Source of the DNA: Enterobacteria phage phi80
Reading direction: 5' to 3' (one strand)
Length of the DNA: 23,229 bases
Sequence record: FN582354
The translations under genes and the position numbers were made by a program. Position 1 is the first letter of the stretch. The number at the start of each line of letters is the position of its first letter. The notes below the pieces were generated by a model. It made no database searches and was not told where the DNA came from. It worked only from the letters and a program-made list of their open reading frames with translations. Positions 1-9,786 of this stretch are shown here, one piece after another.

Positions 1-190
1 GGGGCGGCGACCTCGCAGATTCTCGCTATTTATGAAAATTTTCAGGCATTTGCCGTTTCCGTTCTTCTTCTCGCTAATTCATTGTTTTAACTGTAAACAC
101 CCCCTGAAAAGAAAGGAAATGATAAGCCTTAAAAACGGCTAAATAGCCAGAGGGCGTTTCCTTTCTCTGTTTTTGTGTATGGAGTGAGCT
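1..190 (+). other. cos: cos packaging region: left cohesive end (cosN half) followed by cosB with Nu1-binding R sites and an AT-rich IHF-like site
   Basis: Window begins GGGGCGGCGACCT, matching the lambda 12-nt cohesive end GGGCGGCGACCT with one extra G. CGTTTCC-type R motifs at 54-60 and 155-161 and an inverted GGAAA motif near 114-120 match the R3/R2/R1 layout of lambda cosB. Lies immediately upstream of Nu1. Comparison to lambda is from memory. Confidence 0.8.
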
Positions 191-736
191 ATGGAGGTCA
201 ACAAAAAGCGTCTTTCTGAAATATTTGGGGTCAGCGTGCGAACCATTCAGAACTGGCAGGATCAGGGAATGCCTGTAGCACGTGGCGGTGGAAAAGGTAA
301 TGAGGTCCTCTATGAATCTTCCGCGGCTATCGAATGGTATTCCGCACGCGACGCGGCGATTGAGAATGAGAAATTACGGAAGGAGGTGGAAGACCTTCGT
401 CTTGCATCGGAATCCGACCTTCAGCCTGGTACGATTGACTATGAGCGTCACCGCCTCACCCGAGCGCAGGCAGATGCCCAGGAACTAAAAAATGCAAAAG
501 ATTCCGCTGAGGTGGTGGAAACCGCATTCTGCACGTTCGTGCTGTCGCGGATGGCCGGAGAAGTAGCCAGCATTCTTGATGGAGTTCCTCTGTCGGTTCA
601 GCGGCGCTTCCCGGAGCTGGAAAACCGACATATTGATTTCCTCAAGAAGGACATCATTAAAGCCATGAACAAAGCAGCTGCGCTGGATGAAATAATACCG
701 GGGTTGCTGAGTGAATATATCGAACAGTCAGGTTAA
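191..736 (+). CDS. nu1: terminase small subunit Nu1
   Basis: 181 aa, same length as lambda gpNu1. N-terminus MEVNKKRLSEIFGVSVRTIQNWQDQGMP and C-terminus [11 protein letters not shown] are near-identical to lambda Nu1 (recalled). ATG at 191. Confidence 0.97.
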   Translation: MEVNKKRLSEIFGVSVRTIQNWQDQGMPVARGGGKGNEVLYESSAAIEWYSARDAAIENEKLRKEVEDLRLASESDLQPGTIDYERHRLTRAQADAQELKNAKDSAEVVETAFCTFVLSRMAGEVASILDGVPLSVQRRFPELENRHIDFLKKDIIKAMNKAAALDEIIPGLLSEYIEQSG

Positions 737-2633
737 GGGGCTGCAGCACTCTGCGCGCGCGGGTCTACTTTCGCTGTACCGACCTGAGCCGCAAACGGCG
801 GTTGAATGGGCAGACGATAATTACTATCTCCCCAAAGAGTCGGCCTACCAGGAAGGGCGCTGGGAAACGTTGCCGTTTCAACGCGCGATCATGAATGCGA
901 TGGGTAACGATTACATACGTGAGGTCAACGTTGTTAAGTCTGCCCGTGTTGGCTATTCAAAAATGTTGCTGGGTGTTTATGCGTATTTTATTCAGCACAA
1001 GCAGCGAAATTCCCTTATCTGGCTGCCTACTGATGGTGACGCCGAAAACTTTATGAAGTCGCATGTTGAGCCGACGATTCGCGATATTCCGTCACTTCTG
1101 GCGCTGGCCCCCTGGTATGGAAAAAAGCACCGGGACAATACGCTCAGTATGAAACGCTTCTCCAACGGTCGCGGGTTCTGGTGTCTGGGTGGTAAAGCGG
1201 CGAAAAACTATCGTGAGAAATCGGTCGATGTCGCCGGTTACGATGAACTGGCGGCATTCGATGAAGATATTGAGAAAGAGGGATCCCCGACGTTCCTGGG
1301 TGATAAACGTATTGAGGGGTCTGTCTGGCCCAAATCTATTCGCGGCTCAACGCCAAAAACAAAGGGGACCTGCCAGATTGAGCGTGCTGCCAGCGAGTCC
1401 GGGCATTTCATGCGTTTTCATGTTGCCTGTCCGCACTGTGGTGAAGAGCAGTACCTTAAATTCGGCGACAAAGAGACCCCGTTCGGGCTGAAATGGACAC
1501 CGGGCGAACCCTCCAGCGTCTTTTACCTGTGTGAACATAATGCCTGCGTCATTAAGCAGCAGGAGCTGGATTTCACTGAAGCTCGTTACATCTGCGACAC
1601 CACCGGGATCTGGACGCGCGACGGTTTATCCTGGTTTTCATCAACAGGCACCGAAATCGACCCGCCAGACAGCGTGACGTTTCACATCTGGACGGCATAC
1701 AGCCCGTTTACCACCTGGGTTCAGATCGTTAAAGACTGGCTAAAAACGAAAGGGGATACAGGAAAGCGTAAAACCTTCGTGAACACCACTCTGGGCGAAA
1801 CATGGGAGCCTAAAATTGGTGAACGGCCTGACGCGGAGCTCATGGCCGAACGCAAAGAGTTCTTCGGGGCATCCGTACCGGAGCGTGTTGCTTATCTGAC
1901 AGCCGGGATCGACTCCCAACTGGATCGATATGAAATGCGCGTCTGGGGATGGGGGCCCGGTGAGGAAAGCTGGCTGATTGACCGGCAGATCATTATGGGC
2001 CGTCATGATGATGAAGCGACCCTCGTCAGGGTGGACGAGGCGATTAACAAAACCTATCTCCGAAAGAATGGCGTGGAAATGTCGGTATCCCGTATCTGCT
2101 GGGATATCGGCGGTATTGACCCCACCATCGTCTACAACCGCTCAAAAAAACACGGTCTGTTTCGTGTGATCCCTATAAAGGGGGCGTCGGTTTATGGAAA
2201 GCCGGTGGCGAACATGCCACGCAAGCGTAACAAGAATGGTGTTTACCTCACAGAGGTAGGAACAGACACCGCAAAAGAGCAGATTTATAACCGTTTCACG
2301 CTGGTGGCGCAAAGAGACGAGCCGCTGGCGGGAGCGGTTCATTTCCCGAATAACCCAGAAATCTACGATCTAACAGAGGCCCAACAACTAACAGCTGAAG
2401 AGCAGGTGGAAAAATGGGTAGACGGAAAGAAAAAGATCGTCTGGGACAGCAAAAAACGACGAAATGAGGCGCTCGATTGCTTTGTTTATGCACTGGCGGC
2501 GCTGCGTATAAGCATATCCCGCTGGCAGCTTAACCTTGATTCACTTCTTGCCAGCCTGCTGGAGGAAGAAGGCACCCGTAACAATAACAAGACCCTGGCG
2601 GATTACGCGCGGGCATTGTCTGGAGAGGAATAA
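711..2633 (+). CDS. A: terminase large subunit A (ATPase/nuclease)
   Basis: 640 aa, GTG start at 711 overlapping the Nu1 3' end as in lambda. Sequence MNISNSQV...[12 protein letters not shown] is co-linear and highly similar to lambda gpA (recalled). Confidence 0.97.
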   Translation: MNISNSQVKGLQHSARAGLLSLYRPEPQTAVEWADDNYYLPKESAYQEGRWETLPFQRAIMNAMGNDYIREVNVVKSARVGYSKMLLGVYAYFIQHKQRNSLIWLPTDGDAENFMKSHVEPTIRDIPSLLALAPWYGKKHRDNTLSMKRFSNGRGFWCLGGKAAKNYREKSVDVAGYDELAAFDEDIEKEGSPTFLGDKRIEGSVWPKSIRGSTPKTKGTCQIERAASESGHFMRFHVACPHCGEEQYLKFGDKETPFGLKWTPGEPSSVFYLCEHNACVIKQQELDFTEARYICDTTGIWTRDGLSWFSSTGTEIDPPDSVTFHIWTAYSPFTTWVQIVKDWLKTKGDTGKRKTFVNTTLGETWEPKIGERPDAELMAERKEFFGASVPERVAYLTAGIDSQLDRYEMRVWGWGPGEESWLIDRQIIMGRHDDEATLVRVDEAINKTYLRKNGVEMSVSRICWDIGGIDPTIVYNRSKKHGLFRVIPIKGASVYGKPVANMPRKRNKNGVYLTEVGTDTAKEQIYNRFTLVAQRDEPLAGAVHFPNNPEIYDLTEAQQLTAEEQVEKWVDGKKKIVWDSKKRRNEALDCFVYALAALRISISRWQLNLDSLLASLLEEEGTRNNNKTLADYARALSGEE

Positions 2634-2839
2634 TGGCAACACAGACTGAACTGGATGCCGCGCGCGCTGCGTTACATGACCTGATGATGGGAAAGCGCGT
2701 GGCGACGGTACAGAAAGACGGTCGAAGAGTGGAATTTACAGCTACCTCAGTCACCGATCTCAAAAAGTATATTGCTGACCTTGAATCTCAGGTTGGTACC
2801 ACATCACGACGCCAGGGGCCTGCAAGGTTTTACGTATGA
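2633..2839 (+). CDS. W: head-tail joining protein W
   Basis: 68 aa, same length as lambda gpW. TAATG overlap with the A stop. Expected position between A and the portal gene. Confidence 0.93.
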   Translation: MATQTELDAARAALHDLMMGKRVATVQKDGRRVEFTATSVTDLKKYIADLESQVGTTSRRQGPARFYV

Positions 2840-4428
2840 AAATACCATCTTTAGTGGGTCCTGACGGGAAAACATCCCTCCGGGAATACGCGGGGTATCA
2901 TGGCGGCGGCGGAGGGTTTGGTGGTCAGTTGCGGGGCTGGAATCCACCAAGCGAAAGTGCTGATGCGGCTCTTCTGCCTAACTTCTCGCGCGGAAATGCC
3001 CGTGCTGACGATCTGGTCAGAAATAATGGCTATGCGGCAAACGCCGTGCAGCTCCACCAGGACCACATCGTCGGGTCATTTTTCAGACTCAGCTATCGAC
3101 CGAGCTGGCGCTATCTTGGCATCAATGAGGAGGATTCACGCGCATTTTCGCGGGATGTAGAAGCCGCCTGGAACGAGTATGCCGAGGACGACTTTTGCGG
3201 GATTGATGCCGAGCGTAAGCGAACGTTTACGATGATGATCCGAGAAGGTGTGGCCATGCACGCGTTTAACGGTGAATTATGCACGCAGGCGACCTGGGAC
3301 AGCGATTCAACGCGTCTTTTCCGTACTCAGTTCAAAATGGTCAGTCCGAAGCGCGTCAGCAATCCGAATAATATCGGTGATACCCGGAACTGTCGCGCCG
3401 GTGTGAAAATAAATGATAGCGGTGCTGCGCTGGGATATTACGTCAGCGACGATGGTTATCCCGGCTGGATGGCGCAGAACTGGACCTACATTCCTCGCGA
3501 ACTACCCGGCGGTCGACCTTCATTTATCCATGTATTCGAACCGATGGAGGATGGACAGACCCGTGGGGCCAATGCGTTTTACAGCGTGATGGAGCAGATG
3601 AAAATGCTCGATACCCTGCAAAATACCCAGCTCCAGAGCGCGATAGTGAAGGCTATGTATGCCGCTACCATCGAGAGTGAACTGGATACCCAATCGGCGA
3701 TGGACTTTATTCTCGGCGCGGATAATAAAGAGCAGCAGAGCAAACTTACGGGCTGGCTCGGTGAAATGGCGTCCTATTACTCAGCTGCGCCTGTTCGCCT
3801 GGGTGGGGCAAGGGTTCCACACCTGTTGCCGGGTGATTCTCTCAACCTTCAGTCGGCGCAGGATACCGATAACGGCTACTCGACTTTTGAACAGTCCCTG
3901 CTGCGTTATATTGCCGCTGGGCTTGGTGTGTCGTATGAGCAGCTTTCGCGAAACTATTCGCAGATGAGCTACTCGACCGCACGCGCAAGTGCTAACGAGT
4001 CCTGGGCGTACTTTATGGGGCGTCGCAAGTTTGTGGCATCCCGACAGGCCTGTCAGATGTTTCTTTGCTGGCTTGAAGAGGCGATTGTCCGCCGCGTGGT
4101 CACGCTTCCTTCGAAAGCCCGGTTCAGTTTCCAGGAGGCGAGAACAGCCTGGGGGAATGCCAACTGGATTGGCTCTGGTCGAATGGCAATTGACGGGCTG
4201 AAAGAGGTACAGGAGGCCGTCATGCTCATTGAGGCAGGTCTCAGCACGTATGAAAAAGAGTGCGCCAAACGCGGTGATGATTATCAGGAGATTTTTGCCC
4301 AGCAGGTCCGGGAAACCATGGAGCGTCGTGCTGCGGGTCTGAAACCACCGGCATGGGCCGCTGCAGCTTTTGAGGCCGGAGTGAAAAAATCAAACGAGGA
4401 GGAGCAAGATGGCGCACGAGCTGCGTAA
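2836..4428 (+). CDS. B: portal protein B
   Basis: 530 aa. ATGA start/stop overlap with W. Long stretches ([105 protein letters not shown]) match lambda gpB (recalled). Confidence 0.97.
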   Translation: MKIPSLVGPDGKTSLREYAGYHGGGGGFGGQLRGWNPPSESADAALLPNFSRGNARADDLVRNNGYAANAVQLHQDHIVGSFFRLSYRPSWRYLGINEEDSRAFSRDVEAAWNEYAEDDFCGIDAERKRTFTMMIREGVAMHAFNGELCTQATWDSDSTRLFRTQFKMVSPKRVSNPNNIGDTRNCRAGVKINDSGAALGYYVSDDGYPGWMAQNWTYIPRELPGGRPSFIHVFEPMEDGQTRGANAFYSVMEQMKMLDTLQNTQLQSAIVKAMYAATIESELDTQSAMDFILGADNKEQQSKLTGWLGEMASYYSAAPVRLGGARVPHLLPGDSLNLQSAQDTDNGYSTFEQSLLRYIAAGLGVSYEQLSRNYSQMSYSTARASANESWAYFMGRRKFVASRQACQMFLCWLEEAIVRRVVTLPSKARFSFQEARTAWGNANWIGSGRMAIDGLKEVQEAVMLIEAGLSTYEKECAKRGDDYQEIFAQQVRETMERRAAGLKPPAWAAAAFEAGVKKSNEEEQDGARAA

Positions 4429-5752
4429 TCTTCCGCATATTGCCAGTATGGCCTTTAATGAGCCGCTGATGCTTGAACCCGCCTATGCGCGGGTTTTCTT
4501 TTGCGCGCTGGCTGGCCAGTTGGGCATCACCCGGCTGACAGATACCGTCTCTGGCATCACGCTTGATGCCGGACAAATAGCCGAACCGCTGGCGCTGTTT
4601 GGTGAGGATGATGACATGGATCCCCGTCCATCACGCAGCTATCAGGTGGCAAATGGTATCGCGGTCTTGCCGGTTTCCGGCACGCTGGTCAGTAAAACCC
4701 GTGCGCTTCAGCCTTATTCCGGGATGACGGGTTACAACGGGATCATTGCTCGCCTGCAGCAGGCAATCAGTGACCCCGGCGTTGACGGCATTCTTCTGGA
4801 TATGGATACGCCGGGTGGAATGGTGTCCGGGGCGTTTGACTGCGCCGACATTATTGCCCGTATGCGCGATATCAAACCCATCTGGGCGCTGGCCAATGAC
4901 ATGAACTGCAGTGCAGGTCAGCTTATTGCCAGTTCGGCATCGCGACGGCTGGTCACACAAACGGCCAGAACCGGCTCCATTGGGGTCATGATGGCGCACA
5001 GTAACTATGGCGCTGCGCTCAAAACTAACGGCGTTGAGGTCACGCTGATTTACAGCGGCGATCGCAAGGTCGACGGCAACCCTTACGAAAAGCTTCCGAA
5101 AGATGTGCGTGCTGATTTCCAGACGCGTATCGATGCCACTCGTCAGATGTTTGCCGAAAAGGTTTCCGCTTATACCGGCATGTCTGTTCAGGACGTGCTG
5201 GACACCGAAGCGGCAGTATTCTCCGGCCAGGAATCTTTGGATAACGGGCTGGCGGATGAACTTGTTAACAATACCGATGCGCTCGGCGTGATGCGCGAAG
5301 CACTCGACAGACGCAAAAAAACAACCCTTGGAGGAACTATGCCATCACCTTCTGCATCAGCTGTGACCACTAAGCCAGTTGACCAGGCAGCAACTCAGAC
5401 AACTGCATCAGCTGAACAGGCCACTACCGTTGACACGACAATTGCTTCCGTAGCAGCCCCTGTAGATGTCAGTGCGCAGGTTACTGCAGCAGTAGCTGCA
5501 GAGAATAGTCGCATCATGGGCATCCTGAACTGCGACGAGGCTAAAGGGCGTGAGTCACAGGCGCGAGCACTGGCCGAAACGCCGGGTATGACGGTAGAGA
5601 GCGCACAGCGCATTCTGGCTGCTGCACCGCAAAGTGCCCAGATGCGTACCGATACGGCGCTGGATCGTTTGATGGAAACAGCACCCGGTGCACTCCAAGC
5701 AGGTAGCGCATCTTCTGATGCCGCTGACGATTTGTTAAACACCCCCGTTTAA
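4409..5752 (+). CDS. C: prohead protease / minor capsid protein C (ClpP/S49-like)
   Basis: 447 aa. RBS GAGGAGG at 4397-4403. N-terminus [37 protein letters not shown] and C-terminus AAENSRIMGILNCDEA...DLLNTPV match lambda gpC (recalled). Confidence 0.95.
   Translation: MAHELRNLPHIASMAFNEPLMLEPAYARVFFCALAGQLGITRLTDTVSGITLDAGQIAEPLALFGEDDDMDPRPSRSYQVANGIAVLPVSGTLVSKTRALQPYSGMTGYNGIIARLQQAISDPGVDGILLDMDTPGGMVSGAFDCADIIARMRDIKPIWALANDMNCSAGQLIASSASRRLVTQTARTGSIGVMMAHSNYGAALKTNGVEVTLIYSGDRKVDGNPYEKLPKDVRADFQTRIDATRQMFAEKVSAYTGMSVQDVLDTEAAVFSGQESLDNGLADELVNNTDALGVMREALDRRKKTTLGGTMPSPSASAVTTKPVDQAATQTTASAEQATTVDTTIASVAAPVDVSAQVTAAVAAENSRIMGILNCDEAKGRESQARALAETPGMTVESAQRILAAAPQSAQMRTDTALDRLMETAPGALQAGSASSDAADDLLNTPV
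5147..5752 (+). CDS. nu3: possible nested scaffolding protein Nu3, in frame within the 3' part of C
   Basis: In lambda, Nu3 is translated from an internal in-frame start in C. Here the first in-frame ATG in the corresponding region is at 5147 (MFAEKVSAYTG...). No clear SD sequence, so the start is uncertain. Confidence 0.35.
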   Translation: MFAEKVSAYTGMSVQDVLDTEAAVFSGQESLDNGLADELVNNTDALGVMREALDRRKKTTLGGTMPSPSASAVTTKPVDQAATQTTASAEQATTVDTTIASVAAPVDVSAQVTAAVAAENSRIMGILNCDEAKGRESQARALAETPGMTVESAQRILAAAPQSAQMRTDTALDRLMETAPGALQAGSASSDAADDLLNTPV

Positions 5753-5761
5753 GAGGCTATC

Positions 5762-6094
5762 ATGGCAATTACTGAAGTTTTCACACATAACCAGCCGCTC
5801 GGTAACAGCGACCCGGCGCACACTGCGTATGGTCCTGGCGAACTGACGGCTTCCACTCCAGCCATGACGCCGCTCATGCTGGATGCCACTTCTGGCAAGC
5901 TGACCGTCTGGGATGGTGCTCATGCTGGCGCGGCAATGGGCATCCTGGCTGTAACCGCAGACCAGAACAGCGCGGAACTGGCATATTACAAATCTGGCTC
6001 TTTCCGTATTGAAGATGTCCTCTGGCCATCTGCCGTCACCGACGACAACATTAAACGTAACGCGTTCGCCGGTACTGCAATCAGCATCGTTTAA
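5762..6094 (+). CDS. D: head decoration protein D
   Basis: 110 aa, same length as lambda gpD. RBS AAGAGG at 5751-5756. Motifs [26 protein letters not shown] match lambda D (recalled). Confidence 0.96.
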   Translation: MAITEVFTHNQPLGNSDPAHTAYGPGELTASTPAMTPLMLDATSGKLTVWDGAHAGAAMGILAVTADQNSAELAYYKSGSFRIEDVLWPSAVTDDNIKRNAFAGTAISIV

Positions 6095-6123
6095 TCCGCA
6101 TTTCTACAACCATCATCATTCAT

Positions 6124-6148
6124 AAAAGCCGCTTGCGCGGCTTTTTTT
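6124..6148 (+). terminator. intrinsic-terminator-like hairpin between D and E (GC stem, 4-nt loop, flanked by an A-run and a T7 run)
   Basis: Stem AGCCGC (6127-6132) pairs with GCGGCT (6137-6142), loop TTGC, followed by TTTTTTT (6142-6148). A near-identical hairpin is present at the same place in lambda (recalled). Confidence 0.5.
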
Positions 6149-6161
6149 ACGGGAAAAATCT

Positions 6162-7187
6162 ATGTCCGTTTACACCACTGCCCAACTGCTGGCGGTCAAT
6201 GAGAAGAAATTCAAATTCGATCCGCTTTTCCTGCGTATCTTTTTCCGCGAAACCTATCCCTTCAGTACAGAGAAGGTTTACCTGTCGCAAATTCCTGGCC
6301 TGGTCAATATGGCGCTTTACGTCTCGCCGATTGTCTCCGGCAAAGTGATCCGCTCCCGTGGCGGCAGCACGTCTGAATTCACGCCGGGTTATGTGAAGCC
6401 GAAACACGAAGTTAACCCACTGATGATGACTCTCCGCCTGCCGGATGAGGATCCGCAGAATGTCGCTGACCCGGTCTATCGCCGTCGCCGCATTATCCTT
6501 CAGAACATGAAGGATGAAGAGCTGGCGATTGCTCAGGTCGAAGAGAAACAGGCTGTTTCGGCGGTGCTCAGCGGTAAATACACCATGACCGGGGAAGCGT
6601 TCGAGCCTGTTGAAGTCGATATGGGCCGCAGCGCTGGTAACAACATTGTCCAGGCCGGTGCGGCTGCATGGTCAACCCGCGACAAAGAAACGTATGACCC
6701 GACCGATGACATTGAAGCCTACGCGCTCAACGCCAGAGGTGTGGTCAACATCATTGTGTTCGATCCGAAAGGCTGGGCGCTGTTCCGTTCCTTCAAGGCT
6801 GTTGAGAAGAAGCTGGATACGCGTCGTGGTTCTAACTCTGAGCTGGAAACTGCCGTGAAAGACCTGGGTATGGCTGTTTCATACAAGGGGATGTTTGGCG
6901 ATGTGGCAATCGTGGTGTACTCCGGCCAGTACGTCGAAAACGACGTCAAAAAGAATTATCTGCCGGACCTGACAATGGTGCTGGGGAATACCCAGGCTCG
7001 TGGCCTGCGTACCTATGGCTGCATTCTTGATGCTGATGCCCAGCGCGAAGGTATCAATGCCTCGACACGCTACCCGAAAAACTGGGTGCAGTCGGGGGAT
7101 CCGGCGCGCGAATCCACCATGATTCAGTCAGCTCCGCTGATGCTGCTGCCAGACCCTGACGCATTCGTCTCCGTCAAACTGGCATAA
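6162..7187 (+). CDS. E: major capsid protein E
   Basis: 341 aa, same length as lambda gpE. Near-identity over long stretches (YTTAQLLA, KVYLSQIPGLVNMALYVSPIVSG, NIIVFDPKGWALFRSFKAV, MVLGNTQARGLRTYGCI) recalled from lambda E. Confidence 0.97.
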   Translation: MSVYTTAQLLAVNEKKFKFDPLFLRIFFRETYPFSTEKVYLSQIPGLVNMALYVSPIVSGKVIRSRGGSTSEFTPGYVKPKHEVNPLMMTLRLPDEDPQNVADPVYRRRRIILQNMKDEELAIAQVEEKQAVSAVLSGKYTMTGEAFEPVEVDMGRSAGNNIVQAGAAAWSTRDKETYDPTDDIEAYALNARGVVNIIVFDPKGWALFRSFKAVEKKLDTRRGSNSELETAVKDLGMAVSYKGMFGDVAIVVYSGQYVENDVKKNYLPDLTMVLGNTQARGLRTYGCILDADAQREGINASTRYPKNWVQSGDPARESTMIQSAPLMLLPDPDAFVSVKLA

Positions 7188-7212
7188 ATTCGTCTCCGTC
7201 AAACTGGCATAA
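7163..7212 (+). repeat. perfect 25-bp tandem direct duplication (2 copies) spanning the E stop codon
   Basis: ATTCGTCTCCGTCAAACTGGCATAA occurs at 7163-7187 (last 7 codons of E plus TAA) and again, exactly, at 7188-7212. Confidence 0.9.
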
Positions 7213-7257
7213 CTTCCCCCAGTGGCCCTGTCGGGCCACCTTTCTGGAGTATTTCCC

Positions 7258-7674
7258 ATGACAGAGAAAGAAAAGCTGATCGCTCGCCTGAATGACCTTG
7301 GCACTCAGCTTAACCGCGAGGTCAGCACCAGCGGCACGATTCAGGAACTTACGATGCGTATTGCTGAGCTGGAAGAGGAGCTGGATGGTGATGCCAGTTC
7401 GATTGACGGTGAAAACGGAGAGAAGAATGCTCCCGACAGCACCGACAGCACCGACAGCACCGACAGCGATGTAGATGGCACGGAAAAAGTAAAAACCGAA
7501 GCGGTCACAACGGATGACCGGGTATCAGTAGAAACGCTGGTGACCTTGCACATAAACGCGCTTCACGCCACGCGTAACGAGTCTGTGTCTATTGTCGAGC
7601 CTGGTGTCGTTATCCGCGTGACTGACGTAGAGGCTAACGACCTGATATCTCGGGCGCTGGCCCGGGAAATCTGA
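7258..7674 (+). CDS. FI: DNA-packaging / head assembly protein FI
   Basis: ATG at 7258 with GGAG 8 nt upstream. N-terminus MTEKEKLIARLNDLGTQLNREVS and the ...LVTLHINALHATRNE... region resemble lambda gpFI (recalled). The track ORF starts at an upstream GTG (7222), which I consider less likely. Confidence 0.85.
   Translation: MTEKEKLIARLNDLGTQLNREVSTSGTIQELTMRIAELEEELDGDASSIDGENGEKNAPDSTDSTDSTDSDVDGTEKVKTEAVTTDDRVSVETLVTLHINALHATRNESVSIVEPGVVIRVTDVEANDLISRALAREI
7435..7467 (+). repeat. 9-bp tandem repeat (GACAGCACC, about 3.7 copies) encoding a (DST)n linker inside FI
   Basis: GACAGCACC at 7435-7443, 7444-7452 and 7453-7461, then a partial copy GACAGC at 7462-7467. Translates to DSTDSTDSTDS. 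Confidence 0.85.
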
Positions 7675-7685
7675 CAGGGGGCCTA

Positions 7686-8039
7686 ATGGCTGATTTCGAC
7701 AATCTTTTTGATGAATCGATGGCGCGCGCGGATACCACTATACGTGGATTGATGGGCGCAGAGGCAAGGATAACCTCAGGATCTTTATCCGGCGTCACGC
7801 TCCGGGGGGTCTTTGACGATCCAGAGAACATTGGTTACGCCGAAGTGGGGATCCGAATTGATGGAACCAGGCCGACGTTGTTTGTGAACACATCGGATGT
7901 TAGCGGGCTGGAAAGGCTGGATACGCTGAAGGTTAACGGGCGTGAATTTTGGGTTGATCGCGTTGGTCCGGATGATTGCGGGTCCTGCCATGTTTGGCTG
8001 GGTAGTGGATCACCTCCCGGCGGTTCGCGGCGTCGTTAA
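7686..8039 (+). CDS. FII: head completion protein FII
   Basis: 117 aa, same length as lambda gpFII. N-terminus MADFDNLFD and motif VFDDPENI..., C-terminal RRR match lambda FII (recalled). Confidence 0.95.
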   Translation: MADFDNLFDESMARADTTIRGLMGAEARITSGSLSGVTLRGVFDDPENIGYAEVGIRIDGTRPTLFVNTSDVSGLERLDTLKVNGREFWVDRVGPDDCGSCHVWLGSGSPPGGSRRR

Positions 8040-8048
8040 GGAGCATTC

Positions 8049-8630
8049 ATGTCGATAAAAGGTCTTGAGCAGGCGATCGCTAACCTGGATAGCCTGGACA
8101 GAAAGGTTCCCAATGCCAGCGCATGGGCTGTGAACCGGGTTGCTGCTAATGGCGTCTCGGTTGCCGTCCGAAGGGTGGCGAAAGAAACGGTAGCCGGTGA
8201 TAACCGCGTTTCGGGGATACCCGTAAAGCTGGTACGACAAAGGGTGCGAATCAACAAAGCCTCGGCGTCAGGGCACTCAGCGGCCCGAATTAAGGTTAAC
8301 CGGGGCAATCTTCCCGCCATCAAACTCGGTGCCGCGCAGGTCAGGGTGACGAATCGAAAGGGCCCGCTGGTTCGAAAAAGTAGCGTGTTAAGAATTGGCC
8401 GTTATGTTTTTCGCGACGCCTTTATCCAGCGCCTGGCGAACGGCCGCTGGCACGTCATGAAGCGAATTGCAGGAAAAAGTCGTTATCCCATCGACGTGGT
8501 CAAAATTCCATTGTCCGCGCCCCTCACAATTGCTTTCGAAGCAGAAAAGAAACGCATGCTTGAAGAGGAAATGCCAAAACAACTTGGCTATGCCCTCAGG
8601 CAACAACTGAGGTTGCATCTGACACGATGA
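8049..8630 (+). CDS. Z: tail completion protein Z
   Basis: 193 aa. Position between FII and U. Motifs IKGLEQA, ARIKVNRG, NGRWHVMKRIAGK.RYPIDVVKIP, LGYAL..QLR resemble lambda gpZ (recalled). Confidence 0.9.
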   Translation: MSIKGLEQAIANLDSLDRKVPNASAWAVNRVAANGVSVAVRRVAKETVAGDNRVSGIPVKLVRQRVRINKASASGHSAARIKVNRGNLPAIKLGAAQVRVTNRKGPLVRKSSVLRIGRYVFRDAFIQRLANGRWHVMKRIAGKSRYPIDVVKIPLSAPLTIAFEAEKKRMLEEEMPKQLGYALRQQLRLHLTR

Positions 8631-9025
8631 AACACACTCTCATTCGCCAGAAAATTATTGATGTGCTTGAAGAGGCCATCGGGAACGACGTCATGTTTTT
8701 TGACGGGCGTCCTGCTGTCATTGAGGAGGAGGATTTTCCTGCCGTTGCGGTCTATCTGACCGATGCGGAGTATACCGGGGAAGAACTTGATGCCGATATG
8801 TGGGCGGCAACGTTACATATTGAGGTCTTCCTGTCCTCGCAGGTACCAGATTCCGAACTGGATGAATGGATGGAAAGCCATATTTATCCTGCCCTCGCTG
8901 ACGTACCCGGTCTCGATTCACTGTTAACGCTCATGGTTCCACAAGGCTTCGATTATCAGCGCGATGATGCGATGGGGTTGTGGACTTCCGCCGATATGAA
9001 ATATTCAATCACTTACGAAATGTGA
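8627..9025 (+). CDS. U: tail terminator protein U
   Basis: 132 aa. ATGA overlap with Z. Motifs [50 protein letters not shown] match lambda gpU (recalled). Confidence 0.95.
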   Translation: MKHTLIRQKIIDVLEEAIGNDVMFFDGRPAVIEEEDFPAVAVYLTDAEYTGEELDADMWAATLHIEVFLSSQVPDSELDEWMESHIYPALADVPGLDSLLTLMVPQGFDYQRDDAMGLWTSADMKYSITYEM

Positions 9026-9032
9026 GGAAAAC

Positions 9033-9776
9033 ATGCCAACACCTAATCCACTCGCTCCTGTAAAAGGTGCCGGTACCACGCTCTGGCTGTACACCGGAAC
9101 GGGTAACGCTTTCGCCAACCCACTCTCTGATATCGACTGGAATCGCCTGGCGAAAATCAAAGAACTCACGCCGGGCGAAATGACCGCAGAATCGTATGAC
9201 GACACCTACCTCGACGACGAGGACGCCGACTGGAACGCGACCGCTCAGGGGGCAAAATTTGCTGGCGACACCTCTTTCACCCTCGCCTGGAAGCCGGGAG
9301 AAGAAGGGCAAAAAGACCTGGTCGCATGGTTTATTGATGGCTCAGTACGCTATTACAAAATCAAATATCCGAATGGTACCGTCGACGTTTTCCGCGGTTG
9401 GTGCAGCAGCCTGGGTAAAGCCATCCCGGCAAAAGAGGTTATTACCCGCACAGCGAAAATCACCAACACCGGCAAGCCGGAGCTGGCTGAAGAAAGCGGG
9501 AGCCCGAATATCCCCGTCACCGGCGTCACGCTCGATAAAGCCACGGCAAGCGTGGCCGTCGGTGCAACCACAACGCTCAATGTGACGGTTAACCCTGCCA
9601 GTGCCTCAGATAAATCCTTCCGCGTATCGTCAGCTGACCGGGCCAAAGCCACAGTTACGGCTAACGGTAACACACTGACGGTCACCGGCGTGGCGGCAGG
9701 CACCGCTGACATTATTGTAATGACCAGCGACGGTAATTTCGTTGCGGTCTGCAAAGTCACCGTAACTGCAGCGTAA
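9033..9776 (+). CDS. V: major tail tube protein V with C-terminal Ig-like (Big_2-type) domain
   Basis: 247 aa. RBS GAGGA upstream. N-terminal region [46 protein letters not shown] matches lambda gpV. The C-terminal about 90 aa ([15 protein letters not shown]...VTVTAA) has the character of the non-essential Ig-like domain. Confidence 0.95.
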   Translation: MPTPNPLAPVKGAGTTLWLYTGTGNAFANPLSDIDWNRLAKIKELTPGEMTAESYDDTYLDDEDADWNATAQGAKFAGDTSFTLAWKPGEEGQKDLVAWFIDGSVRYYKIKYPNGTVDVFRGWCSSLGKAIPAKEVITRTAKITNTGKPELAEESGSPNIPVTGVTLDKATASVAVGATTTLNVTVNPASASDKSFRVSSADRAKATVTANGNTLTVTGVAAGTADIIVMTSDGNFVAVCKVTVTAA

Positions 9777-9786
9777 GGAAGGACGC

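Noticed and set aside
282-488. Small alternative-frame plus-strand ORFs nested in Nu1, A, B, C, E and J (for example 282..488, 1189..1491, 2900..3160, 3659..3967, 17019..17243)
   Set aside because: They are fully embedded in well-supported genes in other frames and show no independent start signals; Arg- and Pro-rich translations are typical of frame-shifted GC-rich coding DNA.
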